A DNA stretch of 64,000 nucleotides, from positions 2,080,001 through 2,144,000 of the forward strand of contig OZ241326.1 of assembly GCA_965199855.1 (NCBI GenBank). Reading direction: 5' to 3'. The notes under the pieces are model-generated. The model was not told the origin of the DNA, searched no databases, and saw nothing but the letters and a program-made list of their open reading frames with translations. Shown here one piece after another: positions 47,419 to 56,914 of this stretch. A program made the translations under genes and the position numbers. The stretch comes from a bacterium (GTDB taxonomy: Bacteria > UBA8248). How positions within the stretch are numbered: the first letter of the stretch is position 1; every line of letters starts with the position of its first letter.

Positions 47419-48590
47419 AAGCCCGCCTTCTCGATTCTGGCGAGCGCCTCCCGGAGCCTCTCCTCGGGAACCGTGAGCGCCATGCGGACGTATCCCTCTC
47501 CGGAGGGGCCGAAGCCGTTGCCCGGCGTCGTGACCACCCCGCAGTTCCGGAGAATATGCGCCGTGAACTCGCTCGACGTGAAGCGCTCGGGGCACCTCAC
47601 CCAGACGTAGAAGGTGGCCCGGGGCGTCGCCGCCTCCAGCCCGATCCGCCTGAGTCCCTCGACGACCACGTCTCGCCTGCCCTGGTAGATCCTCCGCATC
47701 TCGGCCACGCAGCCCTGATCCGCGCTCATCGCCCTGACGCCCGCCTCCTGCACCGCGCCGAAAACGCCCGAGTCCACATTCGTCTTGACGGCGCCCAGGC
47801 CGGCGATGACCTCCGCGTTTCCGACCGCGCAGGCGACGCGCCAGCCCGTCATGTTGTAGGTCTTCGAGCAGGAGTGGAACTCGACGCCCACCTCCTTGGC
47901 GCCCTCCGCGTTCAGGAAGCTGACGGGCTCGTAGCCGTCGAAGGCCATCTCGGAATAGGCGTTGTCGCTGCACACGATGACGTCGTAGGAGCGGGCGAAC
48001 TCCACGAGCGCGTCGTAGAAGTCCGTCTCCGCGCAGGCGGCGGTGGGGTTGTTCGGGTAGTTGACGAACAGGAGCTTGGCGGCCTTCGCCACCTCGGAGG
48101 GAATCGCGCCCAGATCCGGCAGAAAATCATTCTCCGTCGTGAGGGGCATGAAGTGAACCTTCCCGTCGGCGAAATACGTCCCGATCTCATAGACGGGATA
48201 GGCCGGGTCGGGCACGAGCGCGTAGTCGCCCGGGTCCACGAACGCCAGGGGCACGTGGGCGATGCCCTCCTTCGAGCCGATGAGGGAGAGCACCTCGGAG
48301 GCGGGGTCGAGCGAGACCCCGAAGCGCGAGCGATACCAGTCGGCGCACGCCTTGCGATAGGCCGGCATCCCCTCGTAGGAGGGATACTGGTGATTCGAGA
48401 CTTTCCGCGCGGCGGCTTCGAGTTCCTCGATGACGTGGTCGGGGGTCGGCAGGTCGGGATCGCCGATGCCCAGGCTGATGATGTCCATGCCCGAATCGGC
48501 GACCTCCTGCTTCATCCTGTCGATTTCGGCGAAGAGGTAGGGAGGCAGGCGCTTCAAGCGCCGCGCGCGTTCGATCCTGATTGACGCCAT
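47415..48590 (-). CDS. dapL: LL-diaminopimelate aminotransferase
   Basis: LPPYLF, GIGDPD, LIGSKEG, NYPNNPT, DNAYSE and SKTYNMTGWR, within a dap gene cluster. Confidence 0.9.
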   Translation of the reverse strand: MASIRIERARRLKRLPPYLFAEIDRMKQEVADSGMDIISLGIGDPDLPTPDHVIEELEAAARKVSNHQYPSYEGMPAYRKACADWYRSRFGVSLDPASEVLSLIGSKEGIAHVPLAFVDPGDYALVPDPAYPVYEIGTYFADGKVHFMPLTTENDFLPDLGAIPSEVAKAAKLLFVNYPNNPTAACAETDFYDALVEFARSYDVIVCSDNAYSEMAFDGYEPVSFLNAEGAKEVGVEFHSCSKTYNMTGWRVACAVGNAEVIAGLGAVKTNVDSGVFGAVQEAGVRAMSADQGCVAEMRRIYQGRRDVVVEGLRRIGLEAATPRATFYVWVRCPERFTSSEFTAHILRNCGVVTTPGNGFGPSGEGYVRMALTVPEERLREALARIEKAGF

Positions 48591-48877
48591 GGAGTCCCTC
48601 ACGGAAGGATGATGGGTGAACGCCGCGGCGGCGGTCGGCCGCACGGGCCTTCAAGCGGCTCCACGGGCTCGGGAGCCGGGTTCGACGCGGGCGAGCCTAG
48701 CACGCCTCCCCCGGGCGCGGCAAGGCGCGCCGCCCCCCCCCCGCTCGCCTGATTGCGAACGCCCCCGCTCCTGGCGTATCCTGTTGCCTCCCGGCGGGGA
48801 AAGGTGCTAGCATCCCCGCCGGAGAAAGCGAGCGGAACGCGCGAGGCGCCCGAATCCCGACGAAGGAGCGCGATTCG

Positions 48878-49870
48878 ATGACCCACGTCATCGCCGAACC
48901 CTGCATCGACACGAAGGACACCGCGTGCGTGGACGTGTGCCCGGTGGACTGCATCCACCAGGCGGAGGACGGATCGAGCCCGATGCTCTACATCGACCCC
49001 GTCGAGTGCATCGACTGCGCGGCGTGCGTCCCGGCCTGCCCGGTGGACGCCATTTTCGCGGAAGGCGACCTGCCCGCCAAATGGAGCAAATACACGCAGA
49101 TGAACGCGGATTTCTTCGCGGGCGAGGCCGCCCCCGCGGCGGCCGGGGCGGGAGCGACCGCCTCCGCCGCGCCGGCGAAGAAAAAAGCGGAGCCGGAGCC
49201 CGAGCCTTTGCCCGAGCCTCTGGAGCTCGCCCCCGAGGAGATGTACAAGCAGCTCTCCGAAATCCGGGAGGACGTGGCCGCCAACCGGGGCAGGGAGGAA
49301 GGGGACAAGGGCGCGGCGAGGAGGTCTCCCTCCCTCGTCCTGCTGGCGGCGGCGGCGATATTGCTCATGATCTACGGCATCTCGAACAATTTTTCCAAAA
49401 CCGTCAACGCCAGCGTCTATGGGAAGCTGAGCGCCTTCGCCCTGGGGAGCAGGAAGCCCACCCTCTCGGGCGGCGTCTATTCCGTGAACCGGGTGATCGG
49501 GGGCGAAAAATACACGCTGCTGGTGTCCGATTCGATATTCGGCGGAAGGACGCTCAGGCTCCAGGCGCCCACCGGCCCGATTCAGAAGATCTACCACGAG
49601 GACGAGAAGTTCTTCTCGAACGTCTCGAACCAGTACAGCCGCTACTACTACACGTTCGTGGACGAGAAGAGCGACGGAACCGTCGATTCCATTCTTCAGG
49701 TGCGCGAAATCTGGAGCCGGGAGAACCGCTTCCTGGGCCGGTATCACAACCCGATCGCGCCGAGCCCCGAACTGCAGGAATCCTACCGGAACGCGGCGAG
49801 AACGCTGGCGAAGGGAATCGGCCTCATCAAGCCGGACGCCCGGGGCGAGGCGCGCCCCGCCGCTTCGTAG
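48878..49870 (+). CDS. 7Fe-type ferredoxin fused to a linker, a transmembrane helix and an unknown C-terminal domain
   Basis: AAGGAG RBS. C..KD.ACVDVCPVDCI...CIDCAACVPACP..AI...N..FF, then an Ala/Pro/Glu linker, LVLLAAAAILLMIYGI and about 160 more residues. Confidence 0.8.
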   Translation: MTHVIAEPCIDTKDTACVDVCPVDCIHQAEDGSSPMLYIDPVECIDCAACVPACPVDAIFAEGDLPAKWSKYTQMNADFFAGEAAPAAAGAGATASAAPAKKKAEPEPEPLPEPLELAPEEMYKQLSEIREDVAANRGREEGDKGAARRSPSLVLLAAAAILLMIYGISNNFSKTVNASVYGKLSAFALGSRKPTLSGGVYSVNRVIGGEKYTLLVSDSIFGGRTLRLQAPTGPIQKIYHEDEKFFSNVSNQYSRYYYTFVDEKSDGTVDSILQVREIWSRENRFLGRYHNPIAPSPELQESYRNAARTLAKGIGLIKPDARGEARPAAS

Positions 49871-49892
49871 GGGCGGTTCGCACGAACCGCCC
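49867..49892 (+). repeat. GTAG-type REP palindrome
   Basis: GTAG GGGCGGTTCG CA CGAACCGCCC. Its TAG is also the stop codon of the ferredoxin fusion. Confidence 0.75.
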
Positions 49893-49985
49893 GTCGGGAA
49901 CGGTCGCCCATGGACGACGGGGGCGCGGGCCCGCTTTGACGGCGCGGAGCGGCAAGGCGGGGTGGACGAGCGCCGCGGCGGGCGG

Positions 49986-50507
49986 CTAGAAATCCACCTT
50001 GTCCGCCTCGTCGGTCTCCGGGAAGGGGCCCTCCTTGATCTCGATGGCGCGGGTTCCCTCCTCCAGAAACTCGATGCGGTGTCCCTCATACATGAGAATC
50101 AGGTCGCCGGGGGCGAGCTCCACGTCGGCGGCGCGCTCGCCCTCTTTGGAATACACCCCGACGCGCATCCTGCCCGAGCGGCAGATCATGATCTGGTGGC
50201 GCGTCTCGTTCGAGGGCCGCTCGGTCACCCTGTGGTAGTGGGGATTCACCACCGCGCCCGGGTTCCTGTTCAGCATGACGATCTGGAGCGGGTTCTCGTC
50301 CGGCGTCATGTGCGCCTTCGTTCTCCGCTCGGTTTCCGGGTCGGCGCCGGAGTAGGCTTCCGCCAGATGGGCGCGCTCCGCCTCGGAATCCAGGTAGGGG
50401 GGAAAGGCCGCGTAGTCGTCAAAGCGGCTTCGGATGACCATCGCCAGCGTCCTGCCGTCCGCGGCGCGGGCGTATTCGACGCCGGCCGCCTCGATCTCTC
50501 GCGCCAT
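49986..50507 (-). CDS. Cupin-fold protein of unknown function
   Basis: PHYH...HQIM...G.M.V and L.PGD.I....GH.I cupin motifs, plus EIKEGP. Confidence 0.7.
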   Translation of the reverse strand: MAREIEAAGVEYARAADGRTLAMVIRSRFDDYAAFPPYLDSEAERAHLAEAYSGADPETERRTKAHMTPDENPLQIVMLNRNPGAVVNPHYHRVTERPSNETRHQIMICRSGRMRVGVYSKEGERAADVELAPGDLILMYEGHRIEFLEEGTRAIEIKEGPFPETDEADKVDF

Positions 50508-50564
50508 CAGCGCATCTCCCCAAAAAATACGTTCGATGGATGAGGCGGAAGCGAGGGATTCTCC

Positions 50565-51362
50565 CTACAGCCCCAGCACCTCCGCCATGCCGTATATGCC
50601 GGGGGGGCGGCCCGCCGCCCAGCGCGCCGCGCGAACCGCCCCGGCCGCGAAATTGTCCCGGCTTCCCGCCCGGTGGGTGATCTCCACCCGCTCGCCCATG
50701 CCGAAGAAATAGGCCGTGTGCTCGCCCGGAACGTCGCCGCCGCGCAGCGTCTGCATCCCGATGACGCCGGGGGGGCGCTTTCCGGTCTGCCCCTCGCGGT
50801 GAAACACCGCGTCGCGCGGGTATTCGCGCCCCGTCGCCTCCGCGAGAATCTCCCCCATGCGCACCGCCGTTCCCGAGGGGGCGTCCACCTTCTGGCCGTG
50901 GTGGATCTCCATCACCTCGATGTCGTAGCCCGCGCCGAGCAGCCGCGCCGCTTCCTCCATCAGGCGAAAGACGACGTTCACCCCCACGCTCATGTTGGGG
51001 GCGAGGACGCAGGCGATTGCGCCGCCGAAGCCGGCGATTTCCTCCCGCTGCGCGCCGCTGAAGCCGGTGGTGCCCACGACGGCGGACATCCCCTTCTCCG
51101 TCGCCAGCCGGACGTGGGCGACGCTCGCCTCGGGAACCGCGAAGGAGACCAGCACGTCGCCCTCCAGCGCGGAGGGATCGGCGGTGAGGCCCACCCCCAG
51201 CTCCCCGACGCCGGCGCGCAGGCCCGCGTCCTCTCCCAGCGCCTCGAAATCCTCGCGCTCGAGCGCGCCCGAGAGGGCGATATCCTCCGAGGCGGCGATC
51301 TGGTGGATGACGCGCCCCCCCATCCGTCCGCCGGCGCCGGCCACGACGATGCGTATCGACAC
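50565..51362 (-). CDS. dapB: 4-hydroxy-tetrahydrodipicolinate reductase
   Basis: GAGGRMG, GTTG, APNMSVG, EIHH..KVDAPSGTA, RGGD and FAAGA. GTG start after GGAG. Confidence 0.96.
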   Translation of the reverse strand: MSIRIVVAGAGGRMGGRVIHQIAASEDIALSGALEREDFEALGEDAGLRAGVGELGVGLTADPSALEGDVLVSFAVPEASVAHVRLATEKGMSAVVGTTGFSGAQREEIAGFGGAIACVLAPNMSVGVNVVFRLMEEAARLLGAGYDIEVMEIHHGQKVDAPSGTAVRMGEILAEATGREYPRDAVFHREGQTGKRPPGVIGMQTLRGGDVPGEHTAYFFGMGERVEITHRAGSRDNFAAGAVRAARWAAGRPPGIYGMAEVLGL

Positions 51363-51525
51363 GAAATTTCTCCCTTCTCTCGCAAGGAAAAAGGCGAACC
51401 AGCTCTTCGTCGGAAAGCGCATTATACGCGCTTCGCCCCGGGGAAGGAACCCGCAGGCGTCACAAGGGGGAAAGAGGAAAGCGCCTGTTTCCGCGCCGTT
51501 TGTTTGATAGTATAAGGCGACCGCA

Positions 51526-52152
51526 ATGCTCTCGCTCGCCATACGGACATTGGGATGCGGCCTGTTGGAAGCCCCGCCTGACGAACGCGAAGAGTCCGCC
51601 TGGATCAAGCGCTGCCAGAACGGGGACAGGGACGCCTTCGAGCCTCTCGTCCGCCAAAACGCCGGAAAAATTCACCGCCTCGTATGGGGAATGCTCGGCG
51701 AGCGCAGAGAGGACGCCGACGACGTCGTTCAGGAGATATTCCTCAAAGCCTACCTCGCCCTGCCGAAATTCCGGGGAAACGCCCGGTTCTCCACCTGGCT
51801 CTACCGCATCGCCGTGAACCATTGCCGCGACCACCTGAAGCGCGGCGCGCCGTGGTCGGCCGGGCTCTCCGAGGAGCGGCTCGCCGGGGAGGCGGCGCCG
51901 GAGGACGAGGAGGGGCGGGAGGAGGCGCGGCGGGCGCGGGAGAGGCGCGCGAGCGAGGAGCTGCACCGGCTTCTGGCGCGCCTGCCGGAGAAGCATCGCC
52001 GCATTCTCGTGATGCGCGAGCTCGAGGGCATGAGCTACGAGGAGATTGGCGAGACGCTGCGCATCCGGCCCGGCACGGTGCGATCGAGGCTCAATCGCGC
52101 GCGGGCGGGCGTCCTGCGGGCGGCGGAGAGGGCGCGGGAGGAGGAGCGATGA
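51526..52152 (+). CDS. ECF RNA polymerase sigma factor
   Basis: DDVVQE.F, FSTWLYRIA.N, region 4 SYEEI and GTVRSRLNRAR. The start may lie slightly downstream. Confidence 0.93.
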   Translation: MLSLAIRTLGCGLLEAPPDEREESAWIKRCQNGDRDAFEPLVRQNAGKIHRLVWGMLGERREDADDVVQEIFLKAYLALPKFRGNARFSTWLYRIAVNHCRDHLKRGAPWSAGLSEERLAGEAAPEDEEGREEARRARERRASEELHRLLARLPEKHRRILVMRELEGMSYEEIGETLRIRPGTVRSRLNRARAGVLRAAERAREEER

Positions 52153-52622
52153 GCGCGTGGAAAAGGGCGGGCGAGAGGCGCCGGAGCGCCCGGAACTGGG
52201 ACGCGCCCGGGCGGGCGGACGCGGAGGTCTCCGGGGTCAGGGCGCTGTTCGAGGCGGCGCGCGAGGAGGCGCCCGCGCCCGACGCGGCGCTCTGGGAGAA
52301 GCTGCGCCCCCGCCTCGCCGCTCACGCGGCGCGGAGCCGGCGCCCCCTGCCCTTCATCTCCGCGCTGGCCGAGACGGGGCCCGGGCTCGCCGCGGCCGCC
52401 CTGGGAGTCCTGCTTCTCGCCGCGGGCCTTTACTGGAGCCAGAGCGTCGGGAAGGAGGCGCCCTCGCCGGCGCCTGCGGCGCGCCCGGCGGTTCGCCCGG
52501 GCAGCACCCTGGACCCTTTTCAGATGATCGGCGGCGGGCTTGAGGCGCGAACGGGCCAGGGGCTGCTCCGCCACATCGCCTACGACGCGCCGGAGGCGCC
52601 GGGTTTGAGGGCGAGACGATGA
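52149..52622 (+). CDS. Putative membrane-anchored anti-sigma factor
   Basis: ATGA-coupled to the sigma gene. P...LW.KL..RL motif followed by one TM helix. Confidence 0.7.
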   Translation: MSAWKRAGERRRSARNWDAPGRADAEVSGVRALFEAAREEAPAPDAALWEKLRPRLAAHAARSRRPLPFISALAETGPGLAAAALGVLLLAAGLYWSQSVGKEAPSPAPAARPAVRPGSTLDPFQMIGGGLEARTGQGLLRHIAYDAPEAPGLRARR

Positions 52623-53083
52623 AGATCTGGTTCACCAAAGAGTTCATGAAGGCGGCGGCCGCGCTCCTGGTCGTCTTCCTCGCCGGCGCGGGCGTCGGCT
52701 ACATGGGCGGGCGCAAGCACGCGGAATACGGGCTTCTGAAGCGCGGGGAGCCGCGCGCGCCGCGCGAGGCCCGCTCCCGCCCCGCCGGGCGCGAGAGGCG
52801 CTTCATGCGGATGCTCGCGCGGGATCTGAACCTGAACCCCGCGCAGGAGGCGAGCGTGAACCGCGCTCTCGATCACCACTACGAGCGCATCCGCGACATA
52901 CGGAACCGGATGCGGCCGCAGATCGTCTCCATCATGCGCGAGGTGCGCCGGGACGTGCGCTCCTTCCTGGACGGCGAGCAGAAGCTCTCCTTCGACCGCA
53001 TCGTCGAAGAATTCGAGAAGAGGCGCGAAAGAAGATGGAGAAAATTCAGAAGGCGCCATCCGGGCGCCCCGCCCGGTCCGTAG
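52619..53083 (+). CDS. Exported Spy/CpxP/heavy-metal-sensor-like helical protein
   Basis: N-terminal hydrophobic helix, L.L..AQ and L..EQ motifs. Confidence 0.72.
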   Translation: MKIWFTKEFMKAAAALLVVFLAGAGVGYMGGRKHAEYGLLKRGEPRAPREARSRPAGRERRFMRMLARDLNLNPAQEASVNRALDHHYERIRDIRNRMRPQIVSIMREVRRDVRSFLDGEQKLSFDRIVEEFEKRRERRWRKFRRRHPGAPPGP

Positions 53084-53165
53084 AAGAAGCGGGCGAATCC
53101 CGCAGCGACGGACGCGAAGCCGCCCGAAGCGAAGCCCAGCCGCCGCCAATCGGAGGAACCAGAAC

Positions 53166-53768
53166 ATGAAGATTCACGGAAAGCGCCACACGCTCCGCGC
53201 GGCCGCCGCGGCCGCCGTCCTCGGCCTCGGCCTCGCCGGCGCGCCCCCGGCCGCCGGGGAATCCCCGAGGGACGCCGCGCCCGGCTTCCCGCAAATCATC
53301 GAGAGCATGATGCGGGACGCCCACTTCGGGATGCGCCACGGCAAGGGGAGGCTCCACGGACGCCCCCCTCTGGCGGCGCGCCCGCTGGTCTCCATCGCGC
53401 TCAGAAACCATGAGGAGCTCCAGCTCACCGACGCCCAGGTGAAGCACCTCAAGGACATCCGGGACGCCTTCTCGAAAGAGGCGGTGAAGGCGGGCGCCGA
53501 AATGAAGGCCGGCCGAATCGACCTCCGCCGCGCCCTCGACGGCGAGAAGGTCGATTTCGCCGACGTGGAGAAGCGGATGCGCAAGCTCTCGGAGATGCGG
53601 GTGAATCTCCGGCTCGCGCGCCTCAAGGCGATTCAGGAGGGCAGGTCCGTCCTGAGCGAGGAGCAGCGGAAGCAGCTGGTGAAAATCGCCCGCAAGGGGC
53701 GCGGCCGCGCGATGAGGCGGATGATGCGCCACGAGGACGCGCCTTCGGGCCGCCCCCGGACCTACTAG
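53166..53768 (+). CDS. Spy/CpxP-family periplasmic chaperone
   Basis: Signal peptide, LQLTDAQ and VLSEEQ (LTxxQ) motifs. Confidence 0.85.
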   Translation: MKIHGKRHTLRAAAAAAVLGLGLAGAPPAAGESPRDAAPGFPQIIESMMRDAHFGMRHGKGRLHGRPPLAARPLVSIALRNHEELQLTDAQVKHLKDIRDAFSKEAVKAGAEMKAGRIDLRRALDGEKVDFADVEKRMRKLSEMRVNLRLARLKAIQEGRSVLSEEQRKQLVKIARKGRGRAMRRMMRHEDAPSGRPRTY

Positions 53769-53850
53769 ACCTCCTGAACTTCTCCGGTCGCCCCGCGGCA
53801 AGGCTTTCGCGCCGCGGGCGCGGCCGGGGGCATCCTGATCGGAGCGGGCC

Positions 53851-54006
53851 ATGTGGATTCCGATGCGGGAGATATGCGCCGGCTACGACTTGCTCGACCT
53901 CGCCCTGACGGTCGGCATCCTGGCGGGCATGGGCGCGCTCTGCATTCTCCTCAGAAGACTCGGACGGGAAGATTCGCCGGACGCCGCCGAATCCGGAAGA
54001 CGCTGA
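53851..54006 (+). CDS. Small single-pass membrane protein (51 aa), not in the ORF track
   Basis: GGAG RBS, then MWIPMREICAGYDLLDLALTVGILAGMGALCILLRRLGRED..., ending just before a terminator. Confidence 0.5.
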   Translation: MWIPMREICAGYDLLDLALTVGILAGMGALCILLRRLGREDSPDAAESGRR

Positions 54007-54026
54007 GGGGCGCGGCGTTTGGACAT

Positions 54027-54067
54027 GAAAAGCCGGCGGGGGACGGACGCCTACCCGCCGGCTTTTC
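54027..54067. terminator. Bidirectional rho-independent terminator
   Basis: GAAAAGCCGGCGGG...CCCGCCGGCTTTTC inverted repeat. Confidence 0.75.
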
Positions 54068-54209
54068 GTCGCCGCGGCTCGATTCGCTTGATTTTTCCCT
54101 AATATATCATTGCCTTTCTTTTTGTTCCGGGAGTATATTTACGCGAGAAAGTGGTATTTTCAGGAAAAAGAACGCCAAATAAACCAGGAAGATTTTGAGC
54201 GTGGGCGCC

Positions 54210-54548
54210 ATGAACAACAAGGATAAACGCTACAAGATAACAACCACGGCGGCATCGGTGATAATAGCCGCGGCGGCCTTGCTCACTCTGTATTATACCG
54301 CCAAGAGCAATTTTTTGTCCGAGGTATCCGCCCAAATCGCTACCGTAAACGTCAAAATTTCCGAATCAGTCAAAAGGCTTGATTCGGCGGATCAAAGCGC
54401 GAAGGAGAAAACAAGGGATTTTGCGAAACATATCGACAGGCGCTTTGACGACATGCAAACAAGCATAAGAGAGTTGAGGGAAGATATAAGGAGCAACGGG
54501 GAAAAAATGGACGCTATCCTATTGAAGCTTTCAACCCTGCAAAAGTAA
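54210..54548 (+). CDS. AT-rich orphan protein with an N-terminal TM helix and coiled coil
   Basis: Hydrophobic ASVIIAAAALLTLYY followed by a heptad-like helix. Codons are much more A/T-rich than in flanking genes. Confidence 0.65.
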   Translation: MNNKDKRYKITTTAASVIIAAAALLTLYYTAKSNFLSEVSAQIATVNVKISESVKRLDSADQSAKEKTRDFAKHIDRRFDDMQTSIRELREDIRSNGEKMDAILLKLSTLQK

Positions 54549-54654
54549 GAGTTCGCCGGAAGCCGCTCTCTCAATCATCCCTCTCCCCCTCATTCCAAGT
54601 GGAAAGTCGCCCGGCGGGGGCGGCTTCCGTTCCGTCAAGCCTCCGGCCCGAGGC

Positions 54655-55476
54655 TCAGAGCAGGGCCTCCTCCGTCAGCTCGCCCCGATAGACGAGCCTG
54701 GCCTCGCCTTCCATATAGACGTCGCGGACGTCCGCCCCCTCGCCCTCGAAATGGATTCGCAGCGTCTCCCCGCTTCGGACCCGCACGTCCACGGGGGCTT
54801 CGAGGAGGCCGCGCGCGCAGGCGAGCACGGCCGAGGCCACGGCGCCCGTGCCGCAGGCGAGGGTTTCGTTCTCCACCCCGCGCTCGTAGGTTCTCAGAAC
54901 GACGTCGCCGCCCTCGACCTGGGCGAAATTCGCGTTCGCCCCCGCGGGAGCGAAGGCGTCGTGCCCGCGAATCGCCCGGCCGTCGGCGGCGACGTCCACC
55001 GCCTCCGCGTCCTCCACGAACTCCACCGCGTGGGGGACGCCGGTGTTCAGATGGTCGACGATCGCCCGCCTTCCGTTGATCTCGAGCGCGACCTCCGGGC
55101 GGTAGTCGAAGGGCCGCGTCATCCGCAGCTTCACCCTCGATCCGCTCATCGTCGCGTCGATGACGCCCGCGACGGTCTCGAAGGACACCGCGTCCTCGGC
55201 GATGCCCAGCTCCCGCGCGAAGCGCGCGGCGCAGCGCCCGCCGTTTCCGCACATCTCGCCCTCGGAGCCGTCGGCGTTGAAGAAGCGCCACTTGAAGTCG
55301 GCGCGCTCGCTGGGCTCGATGAACATCAGCCCGTCCGCGCCCACGGACTGCCCCCGGCGGCAGACCTTGCGGACGAAGCCCGTCATCTCGTCGGCGCGGT
55401 GCCGCAGGTCCCTGTTGTCGATGAAGATGAAGTCGTTGCCGCTTCCGCTCAGCTTGGTGAATGGGATTTTGTTCAC
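54655..55476 (-). CDS. dapF: Diaminopimelate epimerase
   Basis: GSGNDF, GADG, NADGS..EMCGNG, TGVPH and ERGV..ETLACGTG. Confidence 0.97.
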   Translation of the reverse strand: MNKIPFTKLSGSGNDFIFIDNRDLRHRADEMTGFVRKVCRRGQSVGADGLMFIEPSERADFKWRFFNADGSEGEMCGNGGRCAARFARELGIAEDAVSFETVAGVIDATMSGSRVKLRMTRPFDYRPEVALEINGRRAIVDHLNTGVPHAVEFVEDAEAVDVAADGRAIRGHDAFAPAGANANFAQVEGGDVVLRTYERGVENETLACGTGAVASAVLACARGLLEAPVDVRVRSGETLRIHFEGEGADVRDVYMEGEARLVYRGELTEEALL

Positions 55477-56750
55477 GGAATCCGCCTTTCCTCGAGAAAC
55501 GCCGGAATGCGCTCGCCGCGCACGAGGTCGTCATACGTCTCGCGCTCCCGGATGACGTGGTATTCGCTCCCGCGCACGAGAATCTCCGGCGGCCTGGGCC
55601 GGGAGTTGTAGTTCGACGCCATGGTGAACCCGTAGGCGCCCGCGCTCATCACGGCCACCAGATCGTCCCGGCGGAGCTCGGGCAGGCTCCTGTCCTTCGC
55701 CAGATAGTCCCCGCTCTCGCAGATGGGGCCGACCAGGTCCGTAACGCGCCTCGCCCGCTCCCGCGCCGCCTCCTCCACCGGCCACACGTCCTGGAACGCC
55801 TGATAGAGGCTGGGGCGGATGAGGTCGTTCATGCCCGCGTCGATGATCACGAAGCGCTTCTCGGGGTTCGCCTTCCCGTAGAGCACCCGGCTGACGAGAA
55901 TCCCCGCGTTTCCCGTAATGACGCGCCCCGGCTCGAAGATGAGCGTGCACCCCAGCCCCTCCAGCCGCGGCAGGATGGCCGCCGCGTAGTCCTTCGGCAG
56001 GGGCGGCGCCTCGTCGCTGTAGGTGATGCCCAGGCCGCCGCCCAGGTTCAGGTAGCGGATGTCGCGCCCGTCCTCCCGGAGCGCCTCCACCAGGCGCGCC
56101 ACGATATCCACCGCGTCGGCGAAGGGCGCGCTCGTGGTTATCTGGCTTCCGATGTGGCAGTGCACGCCCGTGGGCTCGACGCCCTCGAGCGCGGCGGCGG
56201 CGCGATACTGCTCGCGCGCGCGGCTGATGTCGATGCCGAACTTGCTCTTTTTGAGGCCGGTGGCGATGTAGGGATGCGTCTGCGGGTCCACGTCGGGGTT
56301 CACCCGGATGGCGACCTGCGCGCGCGCCCCCAGCCGGCGCGCCGCCGCGCCGATGTTCGCCAGCTCCTCCTCGCTCTCCACGTTGAAGAGCAGCACGCCC
56401 CGCTCGAGGGCGAAGGCGATCTCCTCGTCCGACTTGCCGACGCCGGCGAACACGACGCGCCCGGGCGGAACCCCCGCCTTGAGCGCGCGAAAGAGCTCGC
56501 CCCCCGACACGATGTCCAGCCCGCCGCCCATCGCGCCGAACAGCCGCAGTATCGCCAGGTTCGAGTTGCTCTTCATGGCGAAGCAGACGAGATGGGGAAC
56601 GGAGGAGAACGCCTCGTCGAACACCCGGAAGTGCCGCGAGAGCGTCTCGTGGCTGTAGGCGTAGAAAGGCGTGCCCACCTCCTCCGCCAGCCGCGCGAGG
56701 GGGACGTCCTCCGCGTACAACTCCCCGTTCCTGTATTCAAAGTGGCGCAT
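55473..56750 (-). CDS. lysA: Diaminopimelate decarboxylase
   Basis: FAMKSN, VSGGEL, SKFG, HIGSQI, EPGR, GPICESGD and GAYG..MASNYN.RP. Confidence 0.97.
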   Translation of the reverse strand: MRHFEYRNGELYAEDVPLARLAEEVGTPFYAYSHETLSRHFRVFDEAFSSVPHLVCFAMKSNSNLAILRLFGAMGGGLDIVSGGELFRALKAGVPPGRVVFAGVGKSDEEIAFALERGVLLFNVESEEELANIGAAARRLGARAQVAIRVNPDVDPQTHPYIATGLKKSKFGIDISRAREQYRAAAALEGVEPTGVHCHIGSQITTSAPFADAVDIVARLVEALREDGRDIRYLNLGGGLGITYSDEAPPLPKDYAAAILPRLEGLGCTLIFEPGRVITGNAGILVSRVLYGKANPEKRFVIIDAGMNDLIRPSLYQAFQDVWPVEEAARERARRVTDLVGPICESGDYLAKDRSLPELRRDDLVAVMSAGAYGFTMASNYNSRPRPPEILVRGSEYHVIRERETYDDLVRGERIPAFLEERRIP

Positions 56751-56794
56751 CCCTCACCTTCCTTTCCGAAACGCCCCCGCGAGGGGGGACGTCC

Positions 56795-56914
56795 TCACAA
56801 GCCCTTGATGATCGGCGTCTTCGGAGGCTTCGGCGGCCCCTTGACCCCGCAGCCGGCGATCGTCCACGCCGCGGCGATCAGCAGGACGCCCGCCAGCAGG
56901 ATTCTCCCCGTCAT
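56795..56914 (-). CDS. lptM: Small lipoprotein, LptM (YifL/LppL) family
   Basis: Lipobox IAGC followed by GVKGPPKPP, immediately upstream of lysA. Confidence 0.8.
   Translation of the reverse strand: MTGRILLAGVLLIAAAWTIAGCGVKGPPKPPKTPIIKGL

Noticed and set aside
48603-48700. tRNA-Sec-like words (GGAAG start, CTTCAAG, GGTTCGAC) upstream of dapL
   Set aside because: The would-be anticodon and T stems do not base-pair, and there is no acceptor stem or CCA end.
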